64,000 nucleotides of DNA, taken from assembly GCA_963793265.1 (NCBI GenBank), contig CAWBZI010000006.1, positions 544,001-608,000 on the forward strand, given 5' to 3'. Of this stretch, positions 1 through 10,089 are shown piece by piece (within the stretch, counting starts at the first letter, position 1; each line of letters starts with the position of its first letter). A program made the translations under genes and the position numbers. The stretch comes from an uncultured cyanobacterium (lineage in GTDB: Bacteria > Cyanobacteriota > Cyanobacteriia > Phormidesmidales > Phormidesmidaceae). The notes below the pieces were generated by a model. That model made no database searches. It had not been told where the DNA came from and saw nothing but the letters and a program-made list of their open reading frames with translations.

Positions 1-2
1 GC

Positions 3-437
3 GGCTATCACCTAATTCAGTCACGAATTGCCATTGGCGCAGGCGAGCTGTGGGGTCGCGGGCTCTTTCACGGCACCCAAACGCAGCTCAGCTTTATTCC
101 TGAGCAGCACACAGACTTTATTTTCTCAGCAGTCGGTGAAGAACTTGGCTTTGTCGGTGGCATGGCGCTACTGCTCGCCTTCTGGCTCATCTGCCTGCGC
201 CTGGTCATGATTGCGCAAAACGCAAAAGACAATTTCGGCTCATTGCTAGCCGTCGGCGTACTGTCGATGATTGTCTTTCAGGCCGTCCTCAACATTTGCA
301 TGACCATTGGCCTTGCCCCCATCACAGGCATTCCGCTGCCCTGGATGAGCTACGGACGCTCGGCGCTACTGACGAATTTTATTGCGATAGGGCTAGTGGA
401 ATCGGTAGCGAACTATCGATTTAGGCTGAAGTTTTAG
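3..437 (+). CDS. rodA: Rod shape-determining protein RodA (FtsW/RodA/SpoVE family), 3' part; gene begins before the window
   Basis: Frame 3 reads GYHLIQSRIAIGAGELWGRG...FIPEQHTDFIFSAVGEELGF...TGIPLPWMSYGRS, all SEDS signature motifs. Confidence 0.9.
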   Translation, partial: GYHLIQSRIAIGAGELWGRGLFHGTQTQLSFIPEQHTDFIFSAVGEELGFVGGMALLLAFWLICLRLVMIAQNAKDNFGSLLAVGVLSMIVFQAVLNICMTIGLAPITGIPLPWMSYGRSALLTNFIAIGLVESVANYRFRLKF

Positions 438-476
438 GTATGTCGTTGAAACTTGAAAGGATATCATCCTCGCCAT

Positions 477-797
477 TCATACGAGTATGCCTTCTTCATG
501 AATAGCTCGAAACAAAGGACTTGCAACTCGAGGACTGTCCTCAAACTGCTCACGTGAATACTCAAGAGTTTGAATGAACAATTCGTGCTCAAACCCCACC
601 TCCCAAGCCGCGTAGTCGATTATGTTTCTGTGATCTGCGCTCATCTCATCGGCAACGACGCAAATATCAAAATCTGAGTCGGGTTGCGCATCACCACGCG
701 CCCGCGAACCAAATGCCCAAATTTGAGCGTTGGGTATCTGCTTGCGTACCTTTCTCACAAACTCGCTGAGTATGGCCTGATCGCGCTCGGTCATCAT
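477..797 (-). CDS. Minimal nucleotidyltransferase (MNT-type antitoxin), orphan
   Basis: GS-x10-DxD motif (FGSRARGDAQPDSDFD), 106 aa. No HEPN ORF is adjacent. Confidence 0.85.
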   Translation of the reverse strand: MMTERDQAILSEFVRKVRKQIPNAQIWAFGSRARGDAQPDSDFDICVVADEMSADHRNIIDYAAWEVGFEHELFIQTLEYSREQFEDSPRVASPLFRAIHEEGILV

Positions 798-821
798 GAT
801 GCTTGTACTTCGCGAAGCTTA

Positions 822-975
822 GGGAGCTGCGCTCAAATAAAGTACCGGCAAATCGACAGATATTGCCTTGGGCATAGCGTGCTATGCCCAAGGCAATATC
901 TGTCGGGGCTTAGCACTGCTATGCCCGAGGCAATGAACAGCGCTATCAGCGGTACTTTATTTAGACGCATGTCCC
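822..975. mobile_element. MITE copy 1 (154 bp), with 26-bp imperfect TIRs and a TTA target-site duplication
   Basis: Ends are GGGAGCTGCGCTCAAATAAAGTACCG and CGGTACTTTATTTAGACGCATGTCCC (21/26 inverted match). TTA occurs at 819-821 and 976-978. A second copy lies at 52129-52290. Confidence 0.85.
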
Positions 976-1062
976 TTATGCCTGATATTTTAGCGGCAAC
1001 AAGCCTGGGCAGTTTTGCTGTTTCCTGCGCCAGGCTCATCAACTTTGTCTAGAGCGCTAATT

Positions 1063-1326
1063 TTAGTAGCTGTCGTCACCCGTGACGGTTTTGATGCCGA
1101 GGGAGTGGTTGGCTTCGTGAAGGCGTTCAGCGATCGCATCTCTCCAGTTCAAGCTAATTTTAGGATTAGCCAACACCTGCTGCGCCTGCTGGCGACACTG
1201 CGCGCCTTGCTCTATATCCATAGAACCAATCGTCGCCAAATCTTCGTAGAGCTTTTGCAGCGGAACTTTTTGCTGAGGAACTTGCTTAGTCGTATCTGAC
1301 ATTACACCAGCAATAGTTTCAGGCAT
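1063..1326 (-). CDS. Small hypothetical protein
   Basis: 87-aa ATG ORF preceded by GGAG, divergent from ureA; no family recognised. Confidence 0.65.
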   Translation of the reverse strand: MPETIAGVMSDTTKQVPQQKVPLQKLYEDLATIGSMDIEQGAQCRQQAQQVLANPKISLNWRDAIAERLHEANHSLGIKTVTGDDSY

Positions 1327-1555
1327 GGTTTAATTCTCCAGTTGATAATTTCTATAATCAAAGCCGTCAATTATTTTTGAGAGCCTGCTGTGATTATCAA
1401 AGACTAGGGCAGGCAATTTCGGTGATAGTGATCAGATGGCTAGAAAGGTTTACAGAGCAACACGGTTCGTTGTTATTTCTTAAAAGAAAAAAAGAAGGAA
1501 TAGAGCGAAAATGCAAGGGTGGACGATGCGTTGATGAAAAAACTGCAAGAAAACT

Positions 1556-1861
1556 ATGCTGCTATCGCCTCAAGAAAAAGACAAGCTGCTGATTTTTACG
1601 GCGGCACTGGTTGCCGAACGGCGAAAAGACAGAGGGCTAAAGCTCAACTACCCTGAAGCTGTGGCCTATATTTCGGCGGCGATCATGGAAGGCGCACGTG
1701 ATGGCAAAACGGTGAGCGAGCTGATGAGTGAGGGCACGACGCTGCTAAAGCGGGCTGATGTGATGGAAGGGATTCCTGAGATGGTGCATGAGGTGCAGGT
1801 GGAAGCCACGTTCCCAGATGGGACTAAGCTGGTGACCGTGCACGATCCAATCATGGATTAA
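1556..1861 (+). CDS. ureA: Urease subunit gamma
   Basis: [12 protein letters not shown]...[12 protein letters not shown]...[20 protein letters not shown]. Confidence 0.97.
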   Translation: MLLSPQEKDKLLIFTAALVAERRKDRGLKLNYPEAVAYISAAIMEGARDGKTVSELMSEGTTLLKRADVMEGIPEMVHEVQVEATFPDGTKLVTVHDPIMD

Positions 1862-1889
1862 CAGGATGGATTGATAGAGGATTTACTCA

Positions 1890-2240
1890 ATGTATAAAGA
1901 GAACTCGGTAGCGCAGATTCCTTTGGTGCCAGGGCAGGTTATTCCTGGTGGCTCGGAGCCGATTGAGCTGAATGCGACTCGCGAGGCGATCGCGATGGTG
2001 GTGAGTAACATAGGCGATCGCCCGATTCAGGTGGGCTCTCACTTTCACTTTTATGAGGTGAATGAAGGGCTGCAATTTGATCGCGATCGCGCTAAAAAAA
2101 TGCGGCTAAATATCACCGCTGGCACGGCTGTACGCTTTGAGCCAGGCGACGAAAAGGAGGTAGAGCTAGTGCCATATGGCGGCTCTAAGGAGATCTATGG
2201 CTTCAATGGAAAATATGACGGCGCTGAGCTGAAAGGATAG
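1890..2240 (+). CDS. ureB: Urease subunit beta
   Basis: [17 protein letters not shown]...[10 protein letters not shown]...IYGFNG. Confidence 0.96.
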   Translation: MYKENSVAQIPLVPGQVIPGGSEPIELNATREAIAMVVSNIGDRPIQVGSHFHFYEVNEGLQFDRDRAKKMRLNITAGTAVRFEPGDEKEVELVPYGGSKEIYGFNGKYDGAELKG

Positions 2241-2244
2241 GGCT

Positions 2245-2892
2245 ATGCCAAAATCAGCAGCGCGGTTGGGCATTGGTGGGCCGGTGGGCAGTGGTAAAAC
2301 GGCGCTGATAGAAGGCATTGTGCCGATGCTGATGGCTCAAGGGGTTGAGGTGGCGGTGGTGACCAATGACCTGCTGACCACGGAAGATGCCGATCGGCTG
2401 AAGCGGAAGGGGTTTTTGCCTGCCGAGCGAGTGATTGGGGTAGAAACGGGGAGCTGTCCGCATACGGCGATTCGGGAAGATCCGACGATGAATCAGCTCG
2501 CCATACAGGACTTGGAGCTGTTGTTTCCGCAGCTAGATTTGATTTTGATTGAGAGCGGCGGTGATAATTTGGCCTCTACCTTTAGCTACGAGCTGGTGGA
2601 CGCCTATATTTTTGTGATTGACGTGGGCGCGGGGGATGATATTCCGCGTAAAAATGGGCCGGGGTTTGTTCAATCTGATTTGGCAGTGGTTAACAAGATT
2701 GATCTAGCGCCCTATGTGGGTGCCGATTTGGATTTGATGCGACAGCAGTCCGATCAATACCGTCAAGGGAAGCCTGTTATCTATACCAACTGCAAGACTT
2801 CTGAAGGGTTAGATAAGGTGGTTTCATTTATCCAGGAGTCACTGTTGTTTGGTCAGTCAGCACCGAAAGCACTGGTGAATAATGCGCCTTGA
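2245..2892 (+). CDS. ureG: Urease accessory GTPase UreG
   Basis: [29 protein letters not shown] and NKID motifs. Confidence 0.95.
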   Translation: MPKSAARLGIGGPVGSGKTALIEGIVPMLMAQGVEVAVVTNDLLTTEDADRLKRKGFLPAERVIGVETGSCPHTAIREDPTMNQLAIQDLELLFPQLDLILIESGGDNLASTFSYELVDAYIFVIDVGAGDDIPRKNGPGFVQSDLAVVNKIDLAPYVGADLDLMRQQSDQYRQGKPVIYTNCKTSEGLDKVVSFIQESLLFGQSAPKALVNNAP

Positions 2893-3760
2893 TACTGCGG
2901 TTGCTCAAAAGCAGCTTGCATTGAAACTCACCTGTAATTCTGCCGGGAGAACAGTTTCAAGCCATCGCTATATGGCCTATCCGCTGAGCGTTTCGCCTGT
3001 CTTTAGGCTGGAAGAAAATGGCACTGAGATGTCTTCTCAGAGGGCTTACCTATATCGGATGAATACGTCGCCGGGGCTGCTTGCGGGCGATCGCTTAAAA
3101 ACCTCTCTTAATCTAGAGCCCGACAGTCAGCTTTATTTAGCCGATCAGTCTGCCACTAAGGTTCATACGATGCCGGGATCGAACGACCGAGCGACGGTGG
3201 ACTATCAGATCAACGTAGGCGATCGCGCCACCCTGGAGTTTCTTCCTGAACCGTTGATTCTCTTTGCAGATTCAGCGCTCACTCAAAAAACGTGTATCAC
3301 TGTGCATCCTACAGCGGGGCTGAGCCTGGGTGAGATTATTTTGCCGGGGCGGCTAGCGAGAGGGGAAGTGTATAAGTTTCGAGAGTATGTGAGTCGGTTG
3401 GAGGTGCGATCGCCTGAAGGAACGCTGTTGTTTGTTGAAGCGATGAAGCTACTGGGTAAAGAGAATCGGTTTAAGGCTAGTGATTTGTTTTCTAGCGGTG
3501 CGGTGTTAGGGAGTTTGGTTTTGATTTTGCCAGAGGCGATCACAACCCCAGAAAACTTAGCTGCTCTAGGCCACGACATTGATGCACTTGCCGGTAGCTA
3601 TGTAGCCGTTGAGCTAGCAAGTTCTACTTTGCCCCATAGCAAGGGATTGTTTGTTCGGGCGATGGCAGCCAATACGCGCAGTCTTCAATCCTGTTTCAAA
3701 GAGGCTCTAAATTGCGTACGCAAAACCAGGAATGAACTACCGCTACCTTATTCTGTCTAG
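2882..3760 (+). CDS. ureD: Urease accessory protein UreD
   Basis: [24 protein letters not shown] and GRLARGE motifs; overlaps the ureG stop. Confidence 0.92.
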   Translation: MRLDTAVAQKQLALKLTCNSAGRTVSSHRYMAYPLSVSPVFRLEENGTEMSSQRAYLYRMNTSPGLLAGDRLKTSLNLEPDSQLYLADQSATKVHTMPGSNDRATVDYQINVGDRATLEFLPEPLILFADSALTQKTCITVHPTAGLSLGEIILPGRLARGEVYKFREYVSRLEVRSPEGTLLFVEAMKLLGKENRFKASDLFSSGAVLGSLVLILPEAITTPENLAALGHDIDALAGSYVAVELASSTLPHSKGLFVRAMAANTRSLQSCFKEALNCVRKTRNELPLPYSV

Positions 3761-3767
3761 CAGAAGT

Positions 3768-4076
3768 CTAATAGATCACTTTAGCGGATTTGAGAATGCT
3801 CTGGCATCGAGCTAGGTTTCGTCCGTTCTCTATGGATTTTTTAGTTAAGATATCAACTTCTCGACCGAATAGTTCTTCTAATTCAAGCTTAATTTGAGCA
3901 AGAGTCAACAGCCCTTTTCGAGCGTCAGGGGCAAAGGTAATCAAAACATCAATATCGCTGCTAGCTTTAAAGTCGTCCCGAAGGGCAGAGCCAAACAAGG
4001 CAAGTTCAGTAACTTGTTTACGCTGACACAGGTCTTTAATTTGAGCCATCGGTAGCGAGATATTTGTGAGGGTCAT
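3768..4076 (-). CDS. Nucleotidyltransferase (MntA-type antitoxin), orphan
   Basis: LALFGSALRDDFKASSDID (GS-x10-DxD) and ELEELFGREVD. It converges on ureD with no room for a HEPN/DUF86 partner. Confidence 0.88.
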   Translation of the reverse strand: MTLTNISLPMAQIKDLCQRKQVTELALFGSALRDDFKASSDIDVLITFAPDARKGLLTLAQIKLELEELFGREVDILTKKSIENGRNLARCQSILKSAKVIY

Positions 4077-4102
4077 GTCAATCTACCTCTTGCACAGAGC
4101 TT

Positions 4103-5266
4103 TTATATAGAAAATCGATCAATCAGCATTTGGTTAATAAGTAGATCAGGTTCGCTAGTAAGATGCTGGGCGTAGCGCTGAGCGACAGGCGGCACGAGGG
4201 CAAAGGGGCCAGTGAAGCCACTGAAGAGGTGAAGGCCGCTGACGCCGGGAACGGGGCCAAGGAGCGGGAGGCCGTCTTGAGTGAAGGTGACCAGGCAGTG
4301 CCGCCAGGTGCCGGGCGCATTTTCTAGACAGGGCACTTGCTGAGAGATTGCCTCTCGCATTGCCAACGCACTTGTACTTGGATCGCAAGGCGGCGTATAT
4401 GCCGTGTGGAACCGGCTAATTTGTCCAAGCCGAGCCGTTTTATTTGCGAACTGAATCACCCCGGCTTCTAACACAGGTGGCATGATCTGAGTGTCTTTTT
4501 GCTGCCAGCGACTGTCTGTAGCCGCTTCGGCTTCTTGTTCAAAGCGAGCGTTGCTAGCAGGCATGATTAGCGATCGCACCACTACATCCAAAGGCGGCGT
4601 TTCAACAATCTCGGCATGGGTAAAGAACAAAGGCACCTGCAAACCAGCCGCTTGAATAAGCTGTTGACTATACGCCCCCGCCGCAACCACAACAGTGCTA
4701 GCTGGATAAGCTTGAGCCGCTGTTGTCACGCCCGTTACCTTTTCTCCTATCTTTACCAGCCCTGTCGCCTCCGCAATACTATGATGTCCGCCTAATCTCC
4801 TAAAGGCTCCGTTATAAGCCGATACAACAGACATCGGATCAACATGGCCATGCTTCGTTGTAAAAGCGCCCTCTATTGCATCCACATTAAGCTGAGGCTC
4901 AATCTCATGCGCTTCTTTTGCAGCAACAAATTCAGGCGGCGTATTAAAAATCTCATAGGCTTTAATAAACGCTTCTACATCCGCGCCCTTATCTACCGTT
5001 AACAGCAGATCCAACTCTCGCAGTTGAGTCTCTGCGCCTAGTTCTTCAGGCAGCTCCCTATGCCGCACCATTCCAGCGGTAAACAGCTTGCTCGTCAGAT
5101 CCGTAGTGCCTGCCCAATAACCAATTCCTCCGTAGCTATAGCGCGTGCCGCTATCAAGATTGCCATCGTCTAAAAGCAGCACAGATTGACCAGCTTTGAC
5201 CAGCTCGTAGCTGAGAGCAGCCCCTGCCAAGCCATTGCCAATCACGATGGTGTCGTAGGTTTGCAT
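4103..5266 (-). CDS. FAD-dependent oxidoreductase (DAO/glycine oxidase family)
   Basis: VIGNGLAG Rossmann motif; VVVAAGAYS; DGLPLLGP. Confidence 0.88.
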   Translation of the reverse strand: MQTYDTIVIGNGLAGAALSYELVKAGQSVLLLDDGNLDSGTRYSYGGIGYWAGTTDLTSKLFTAGMVRHRELPEELGAETQLRELDLLLTVDKGADVEAFIKAYEIFNTPPEFVAAKEAHEIEPQLNVDAIEGAFTTKHGHVDPMSVVSAYNGAFRRLGGHHSIAEATGLVKIGEKVTGVTTAAQAYPASTVVVAAGAYSQQLIQAAGLQVPLFFTHAEIVETPPLDVVVRSLIMPASNARFEQEAEAATDSRWQQKDTQIMPPVLEAGVIQFANKTARLGQISRFHTAYTPPCDPSTSALAMREAISQQVPCLENAPGTWRHCLVTFTQDGLPLLGPVPGVSGLHLFSGFTGPFALVPPVAQRYAQHLTSEPDLLINQMLIDRFSI

Positions 5267-5269
5267 ACG

Positions 5270-5977
5270 TTAAGGATGAATCTGAGACAAGATCATGCGT
5301 AGCCGGTCGTAATCGTCTTTAAGCAATACGCTCACCATACGCCCCGCTCGTACCAGCCAGTCGCGATCGAGATCGCGCAGATTATAGATTTCACGAATTG
5401 CCGCTGCTACTAAGCTTTCAGTCGGGACACCGCTGACTTGTAACAACGTGCGTAACCAGTCGAGTTCTTCGGTAAAGCTCACCACTTCGGGGATGTCACA
5501 GCGATAAACGGCCTGGTGAACCTGAGGCGGGCGTGGGGGAAGATGCTGATAGATGCGATCGCTCAAAACCATCCCATTTCCGTTAGTAGATCCATTAGAC
5601 CCGCTGACCCTGCCATTCTTCCGCCCGGCCTGCATCGGCACAAAGCCCACAATCGCCACGCTAAACTCAGTTTTAAGCATCGCAAAAATCTGCGGCTGCT
5701 GCTCTCTCAGCTCATCTAATGACATGCCCAGCGCCCGCGCCCGGTGCACCGAATCCATCGGGCTCGTCGTCGCGTGATACACCACGCCGTATATCTGATT
5801 AGCCGACTCCTCGTCATAGGCTTTTACCCAGCTGCCAAACGGCGGCATCGCCGGAAAGCTTAAATCTTCAGGCTCAAGGCACTGCGCCAAAAACTCAGTC
5901 GTTGAGGTTTCAATCACCTCAGCGATATGACTTTTAGATCTTTCTTTGACTGCAAACTGCGGTAGCGGAAGGCGCAT
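5270..5977 (-). CDS. Cyanobacterial HAS-barrel domain protein
   Basis: IAEVIETSTTEFLAQC, PPFGSWVK and QHLPPRPPQVH; this family is commonly found next to ndhS. Confidence 0.75.
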   Translation of the reverse strand: MRLPLPQFAVKERSKSHIAEVIETSTTEFLAQCLEPEDLSFPAMPPFGSWVKAYDEESANQIYGVVYHATTSPMDSVHRARALGMSLDELREQQPQIFAMLKTEFSVAIVGFVPMQAGRKNGRVSGSNGSTNGNGMVLSDRIYQHLPPRPPQVHQAVYRCDIPEVVSFTEELDWLRTLLQVSGVPTESLVAAAIREIYNLRDLDRDWLVRAGRMVSVLLKDDYDRLRMILSQIHP

Positions 5978-5980
5978 CGC

Positions 5981-6172
5981 TTACTTTTTGCCTCGCTTGG
6001 GCTGCACAACTTCAAGGTCGGTCTTTTGAAAGGTCACAAGCTTGTCCCAGTTACCGCCCTCAAAAAGCACGGCAACCTTGCCATCGGTGATGCGCTGCAC
6101 CTGACCTTCAAATCCATAGTAGGTGTCGTCAGCGTTAGTAATGCGAACGGGCGAGCCTGGCAATATCATCAT
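5981..6172 (-). CDS. ndhS: NDH-1 complex subunit S
   Basis: ILPGSPVRI...[31 protein letters not shown]. Confidence 0.93.
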   Translation of the reverse strand: MMILPGSPVRITNADDTYYGFEGQVQRITDGKVAVLFEGGNWDKLVTFQKTDLEVVQPKRGKK

Positions 6173-6221
6173 GAGAGTACGCTATTAAATCTCAACGTTT
6201 TTGTCAGTGTAGAGGATCGTC

Positions 6222-6677
6222 ATGATTATTGAGTATTTGTATAACGGCGCTAATTTGTTTGTGCTGCCGTTTTGGCTGTTGATAGTGATCGTGCCGAACT
6301 GGTCGGTCACCCGGCGGATCATGGCGTCTACGCTGCCGTTTTTACCGCTAGCGCTAGCCTATATCTACTGCTTTGTGAACAGTTTAGATCCTGAGTCGGT
6401 GGAGTCTTTTGCGAATCCTACGTTAAGTGCGATCGCCGCTCTATTTGCCGATGAAAAAGTCATGGCAACCGGCTGGATTCACTTCGTCGTCATGGATCTC
6501 TTTGTAGGTCGCTGGATCTACTGGCAGGGGCAGGAGAAAGGCATTTTTACCCGTCATTCTTTAGCGCTATGCCTGTTTGCCGGGCCAATCGGACTGCTGT
6601 GCCATCTGGCAACCGCGCAATTACAAGAGCGATGGCTGGGCCTAGCGGAGGTCAAAGGCTCTGAGGCGATCGGCTGA
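6222..6677 (+). CDS. ABA4-like (DUF4281) membrane protein
   Basis: ANLFVLPFWLL, GWIHFVVMDLFVGRWIY and LCLFAGPIGLL. Confidence 0.85.
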   Translation: MIIEYLYNGANLFVLPFWLLIVIVPNWSVTRRIMASTLPFLPLALAYIYCFVNSLDPESVESFANPTLSAIAALFADEKVMATGWIHFVVMDLFVGRWIYWQGQEKGIFTRHSLALCLFAGPIGLLCHLATAQLQERWLGLAEVKGSEAIG

Positions 6678-6767
6678 GTGGCACACTCTTTTTCTGCCAA
6701 CCTGCTTTTCTGCTAACCTACTGTCCATCGCTGATAATGTTGCGTTGTAGGTTAGCTGAAGCATCCA

Positions 6768-8411
6768 ATGATTGTGTCCCTCCTTTCTAGACGACGATTT
6801 TTGAGAATAGGTCAATACCTGGGCCTCTTTAGCCTTTGCTTAATGCTTGCCGTAAGCTGCCGCTCAGGTGGCGAATCGGTGGATGCCACCATTGGCCAGG
6901 GCAACCGGGTCGCCATTGGCACTACGCTCAGCGCCGATACGCTAGATCCTGCTGACGCCTACGAAACTTTTCCCGGCATTTTGCTCTACAACCTGGGTGA
7001 TCGCCTCTACACCTACGCCCCCGGCACCACCAATCTCACCCCTCAGCTCGCCACCGAACTTCCCACCATCTCAGAGGACGGGCTCACCTACACCATCCCC
7101 TTACGCGACGATGTGACCCTGCATGACGGCACCCCCTTCAATGCCGAAGTCATGGCCTTTTCCATGCAGCGCTTCATGGAGAACAACGGACGCCCGGCTG
7201 ATCTGCTCGCTAGCAAAGTCGAATCGGTTGAAGCCACCGGCCCTACTGAGCTAACGATCACGCTCGAAGCGCCGGTTGCCTCCTTTACCTCTTTACTCAC
7301 CTTCTCAGGCATTACCCCTGTCTCCCCCGAGCAGTACGAAATCGGCCTAGACACCTTCAAGCCCAATACCTTCATCGGCTCTGGCCCCTACAAGCTCAGC
7401 TCGTACACCAGCAGCGTTATTCGATTAGACGCCAACGAAGACTACTGGGGCGAAAAGCCCGCTAACGATGGCATTGATATTCAGGTCTTTACCAGCGCCG
7501 TTAACTTATACAACGCCTTCCAGTCCGGTAGCTTGGACGTAGCCTATCAGTCTCTAGATCCTGACCAGATCTCCCAGCTCGAAGCAGACGCGGCCAGCAA
7601 TAACTGGAACGTGATTGAAGCGGGCTCTACGGTGATTAACTATCTGGCAATTAACCAGAAAATTGAGCCGTTTGATGATTTGAACGTGCGCAAGGCGATC
7701 GCGGCGATGATTGACCGTTCATTGATTAGCGATCGCGCCTTCAAAGGCCAAGCCGAACCCCTCTACAGCCTCATTCCCAAAGCCTTCGAGGTATATGAGC
7801 CCGTCTTTGAAGAAGCCTACGGCGACGGCAACTTCGATCAGGCCAGAAAATATCTCGCCAGCGCTGGGATTACCGAAGCCAATCCGCTAGAGCTAGAAAT
7901 TTGGTACCCGTCCTCCTCCACCCCCAGAGCCGTTGCTGCCAACACCATGAAGCAGTCTATCGAGCAAGCGCTGCCCGGACTTGTCAACATTAAAGTAGAC
8001 ACCGCCGAAGTGGCGACCCTCTGGCAAAACGTAGAGCAGGGCCTTTACACCAGCGTGCTCTCCGACTGGTACGCCGACTATTTTGATCCTGAAAACTTCG
8101 TCCAGCCTTTCTTGACCTGCGCCGAAGGCTCCGCCGAAACCCTGTGCGAATCAGGCGAAAGTCAGCTCGGCGGCTCCTTCTACTACAGCGACGAAGCCAA
8201 CCAGCTTGTGAGCGACCAAAACGCCGAAACCGATCCTGCTAAACGGGCAGCTATCTTTAGCCAACTGCAAAAGCTCATGGTCGATGAAGTGCCCTACGTG
8301 CCGCTGTGGCAAACCAAAGACTATGTATTTACGACCGCTGACGTTAGCGATGTTGCCATCGAGCCCAATCAGCAGTTCCTATTTTGGCAAATAGACAAAG
8401 CTGAGTCTTAA
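6768..8411 (+). CDS. Peptide/nickel ABC transporter substrate-binding lipoprotein (SBP family 5)
   Basis: Lipobox LAVSC; HDGTPFNAE; GSGPYKL; PFDDLNVRKAI. Confidence 0.92.
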   Translation: MIVSLLSRRRFLRIGQYLGLFSLCLMLAVSCRSGGESVDATIGQGNRVAIGTTLSADTLDPADAYETFPGILLYNLGDRLYTYAPGTTNLTPQLATELPTISEDGLTYTIPLRDDVTLHDGTPFNAEVMAFSMQRFMENNGRPADLLASKVESVEATGPTELTITLEAPVASFTSLLTFSGITPVSPEQYEIGLDTFKPNTFIGSGPYKLSSYTSSVIRLDANEDYWGEKPANDGIDIQVFTSAVNLYNAFQSGSLDVAYQSLDPDQISQLEADAASNNWNVIEAGSTVINYLAINQKIEPFDDLNVRKAIAAMIDRSLISDRAFKGQAEPLYSLIPKAFEVYEPVFEEAYGDGNFDQARKYLASAGITEANPLELEIWYPSSSTPRAVAANTMKQSIEQALPGLVNIKVDTAEVATLWQNVEQGLYTSVLSDWYADYFDPENFVQPFLTCAEGSAETLCESGESQLGGSFYYSDEANQLVSDQNAETDPAKRAAIFSQLQKLMVDEVPYVPLWQTKDYVFTTADVSDVAIEPNQQFLFWQIDKAES

Positions 8412-8486
8412 GCTAAGACAGACGTAGATAGACTTAACGTTTTCCACGCATTCCCAAGGCCCTCACCCCCCAACTACCCAATCCCC

Positions 8487-9515
8487 ATGTCCTCCCGCGC
8501 CAGCGCCCTCCGCATCTACATCACCTCCCGGCTTCTGCTCGCCCCCCTGATGATCTGGCTCGCCACCACCGTCGTCTTCCTCCTGATGCGCGCAGCCCCC
8601 GGCGACGTCGTAGACGTAAAGCTTGGCTCCCGCGCGCCTGAAGCTGTCAAAGAAGCCATGCGCCAGCAGATGGGCCTCGATCAGCCGCTCTACGTTCAAT
8701 ACTTCGCCTATCTCAACAAGCTGCTGCACTTCGATTTGGGCACCTCCGGCTTCAGCCAGGGCCAAACCATTATCAAAGTCATCGGCGACTACTTCCCCGC
8801 CACCGTCGAACTCACCCTTTGCGGAATGCTGATCGCCGCCGCCGTCGGCCTCACTGTCGGCTCTATCGCCGCCTCTCGTCCCAACACCCCTATCGACGCA
8901 GGCGGCAGACTCTTCGGCATCGTCACCTACGCCCTACCGATGTACTGGTTCGGCATGATCTTACAAATCATCTTCGCCGTACAGCTCAAATGGTTTCCGA
9001 TTGGCACCCGCTTTCCGCTCGCTGACTTGCCCCCAGACGGCCCCACCGGACTCTACTTATTAGACAGCTTGCTGCATGGCGATCCCGGCCAGTTTTTCAC
9101 GGCCCTCCACTACCTCACGCTGCCTAGCCTCACGCTCGGCATTCTGATCAGCGGCGTATTCGAGCGCATCGTTCGCGTAAATTTGCGCCAAACGCTCAAA
9201 GCCGACTATGTAGAAGCCGCTCGCGCCCGCGGTATCTCTGAGTTTCGGATTATTACAGCGCACGCGCTTAAAAATGCCATGATTCCAGTGATCACCATTT
9301 TGGGCCTCACCTTTGCGGCCATGCTTGGCGGCGCAGTCCTCACAGAAGTGACGTTTTCCTGGCCAGGACTGGGCAACCGACTGTACGAAGCCATTACCCA
9401 ACGTGACTATGAAATGGTGCAAGGGCTGATGGTGTTCTTCGCTTCAATTGTCGTTGTGGTCAGTATCGCAATTGATGTACTTAATGCCTATGTCGATCCA
9501 CGAATTCGGTACTAA
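8487..9515 (+). CDS. Peptide ABC transporter permease (DppB/OppB family)
   Basis: PGD...GLDQPLYVQY, FPATVEL, DYVEAARARG (EAA loop) and TEVTFSWPGLG. Confidence 0.93.
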   Translation: MSSRASALRIYITSRLLLAPLMIWLATTVVFLLMRAAPGDVVDVKLGSRAPEAVKEAMRQQMGLDQPLYVQYFAYLNKLLHFDLGTSGFSQGQTIIKVIGDYFPATVELTLCGMLIAAAVGLTVGSIAASRPNTPIDAGGRLFGIVTYALPMYWFGMILQIIFAVQLKWFPIGTRFPLADLPPDGPTGLYLLDSLLHGDPGQFFTALHYLTLPSLTLGILISGVFERIVRVNLRQTLKADYVEAARARGISEFRIITAHALKNAMIPVITILGLTFAAMLGGAVLTEVTFSWPGLGNRLYEAITQRDYEMVQGLMVFFASIVVVVSIAIDVLNAYVDPRIRY

Positions 9516-9657
9516 ATAGAAGCGTATAGTTTTTCCAAAAGACACCTTTAAAACCGTCAAGGAGACTTGTTCTATCATTATCTTTTCTGATAATGTAAAC
9601 AAATGTTACTTATATTGAAGACGGCGACCTCATTACACATATGTAAGCACTAGAGCT

Positions 9658-10089
9658 GTGCGATCGCCTCCACATCGCGCCATGACTATCCCAACTTCCA
9701 CAATCCCAACTTCCACAACTAACGCCTCTTCAACGGCCTGCTTAGCGCTTAAGCGATTCATCAGGGGCACGCTGCGCCAGCTAGGTATTGGCCTTACTGC
9801 ACTCATGATTGTTTTGAACTTAGGGGTTCACACACCCGAGCTAGCGGCCCAGCCTCACTTAGATCATGTAGCCGCACGCACAACAAGTCATGCTCAAACC
9901 GATCAGATTGAAACGGATCGAGATTCATCCGCGCGCCAGCAGACGCATACACTATTGGTCGGCGCTCGTATGACTCATCACCACCTAACCAGCGCCCGGC
10001 TCAGCATTCCAAATACCCCCGAGCAAACGGTAGCCAGCGCCAGTGACAGCGGTGCCTACGAGAATATTGGCGATATTGGGTCGCGGTGA
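9658..10089 (+). CDS. Hypothetical protein (start uncertain, possibly ATG at 9682)
   Basis: ORF with one hydrophobic segment; its stop overlaps the next start (GTGA). Confidence 0.45.
   Translation: MRSPPHRAMTIPTSTIPTSTTNASSTACLALKRFIRGTLRQLGIGLTALMIVLNLGVHTPELAAQPHLDHVAARTTSHAQTDQIETDRDSSARQQTHTLLVGARMTHHHLTSARLSIPNTPEQTVASASDSGAYENIGDIGSR

Noticed and set aside
684..1052. ORFs 684-1052, 691-891, 833-1042 and 52236-52547, two of which share the peptide MPEAMNSAISGTLFRRMSL
   Set aside because: They are read-throughs of the MITE sequence and overlap real genes; they are not a protein family.
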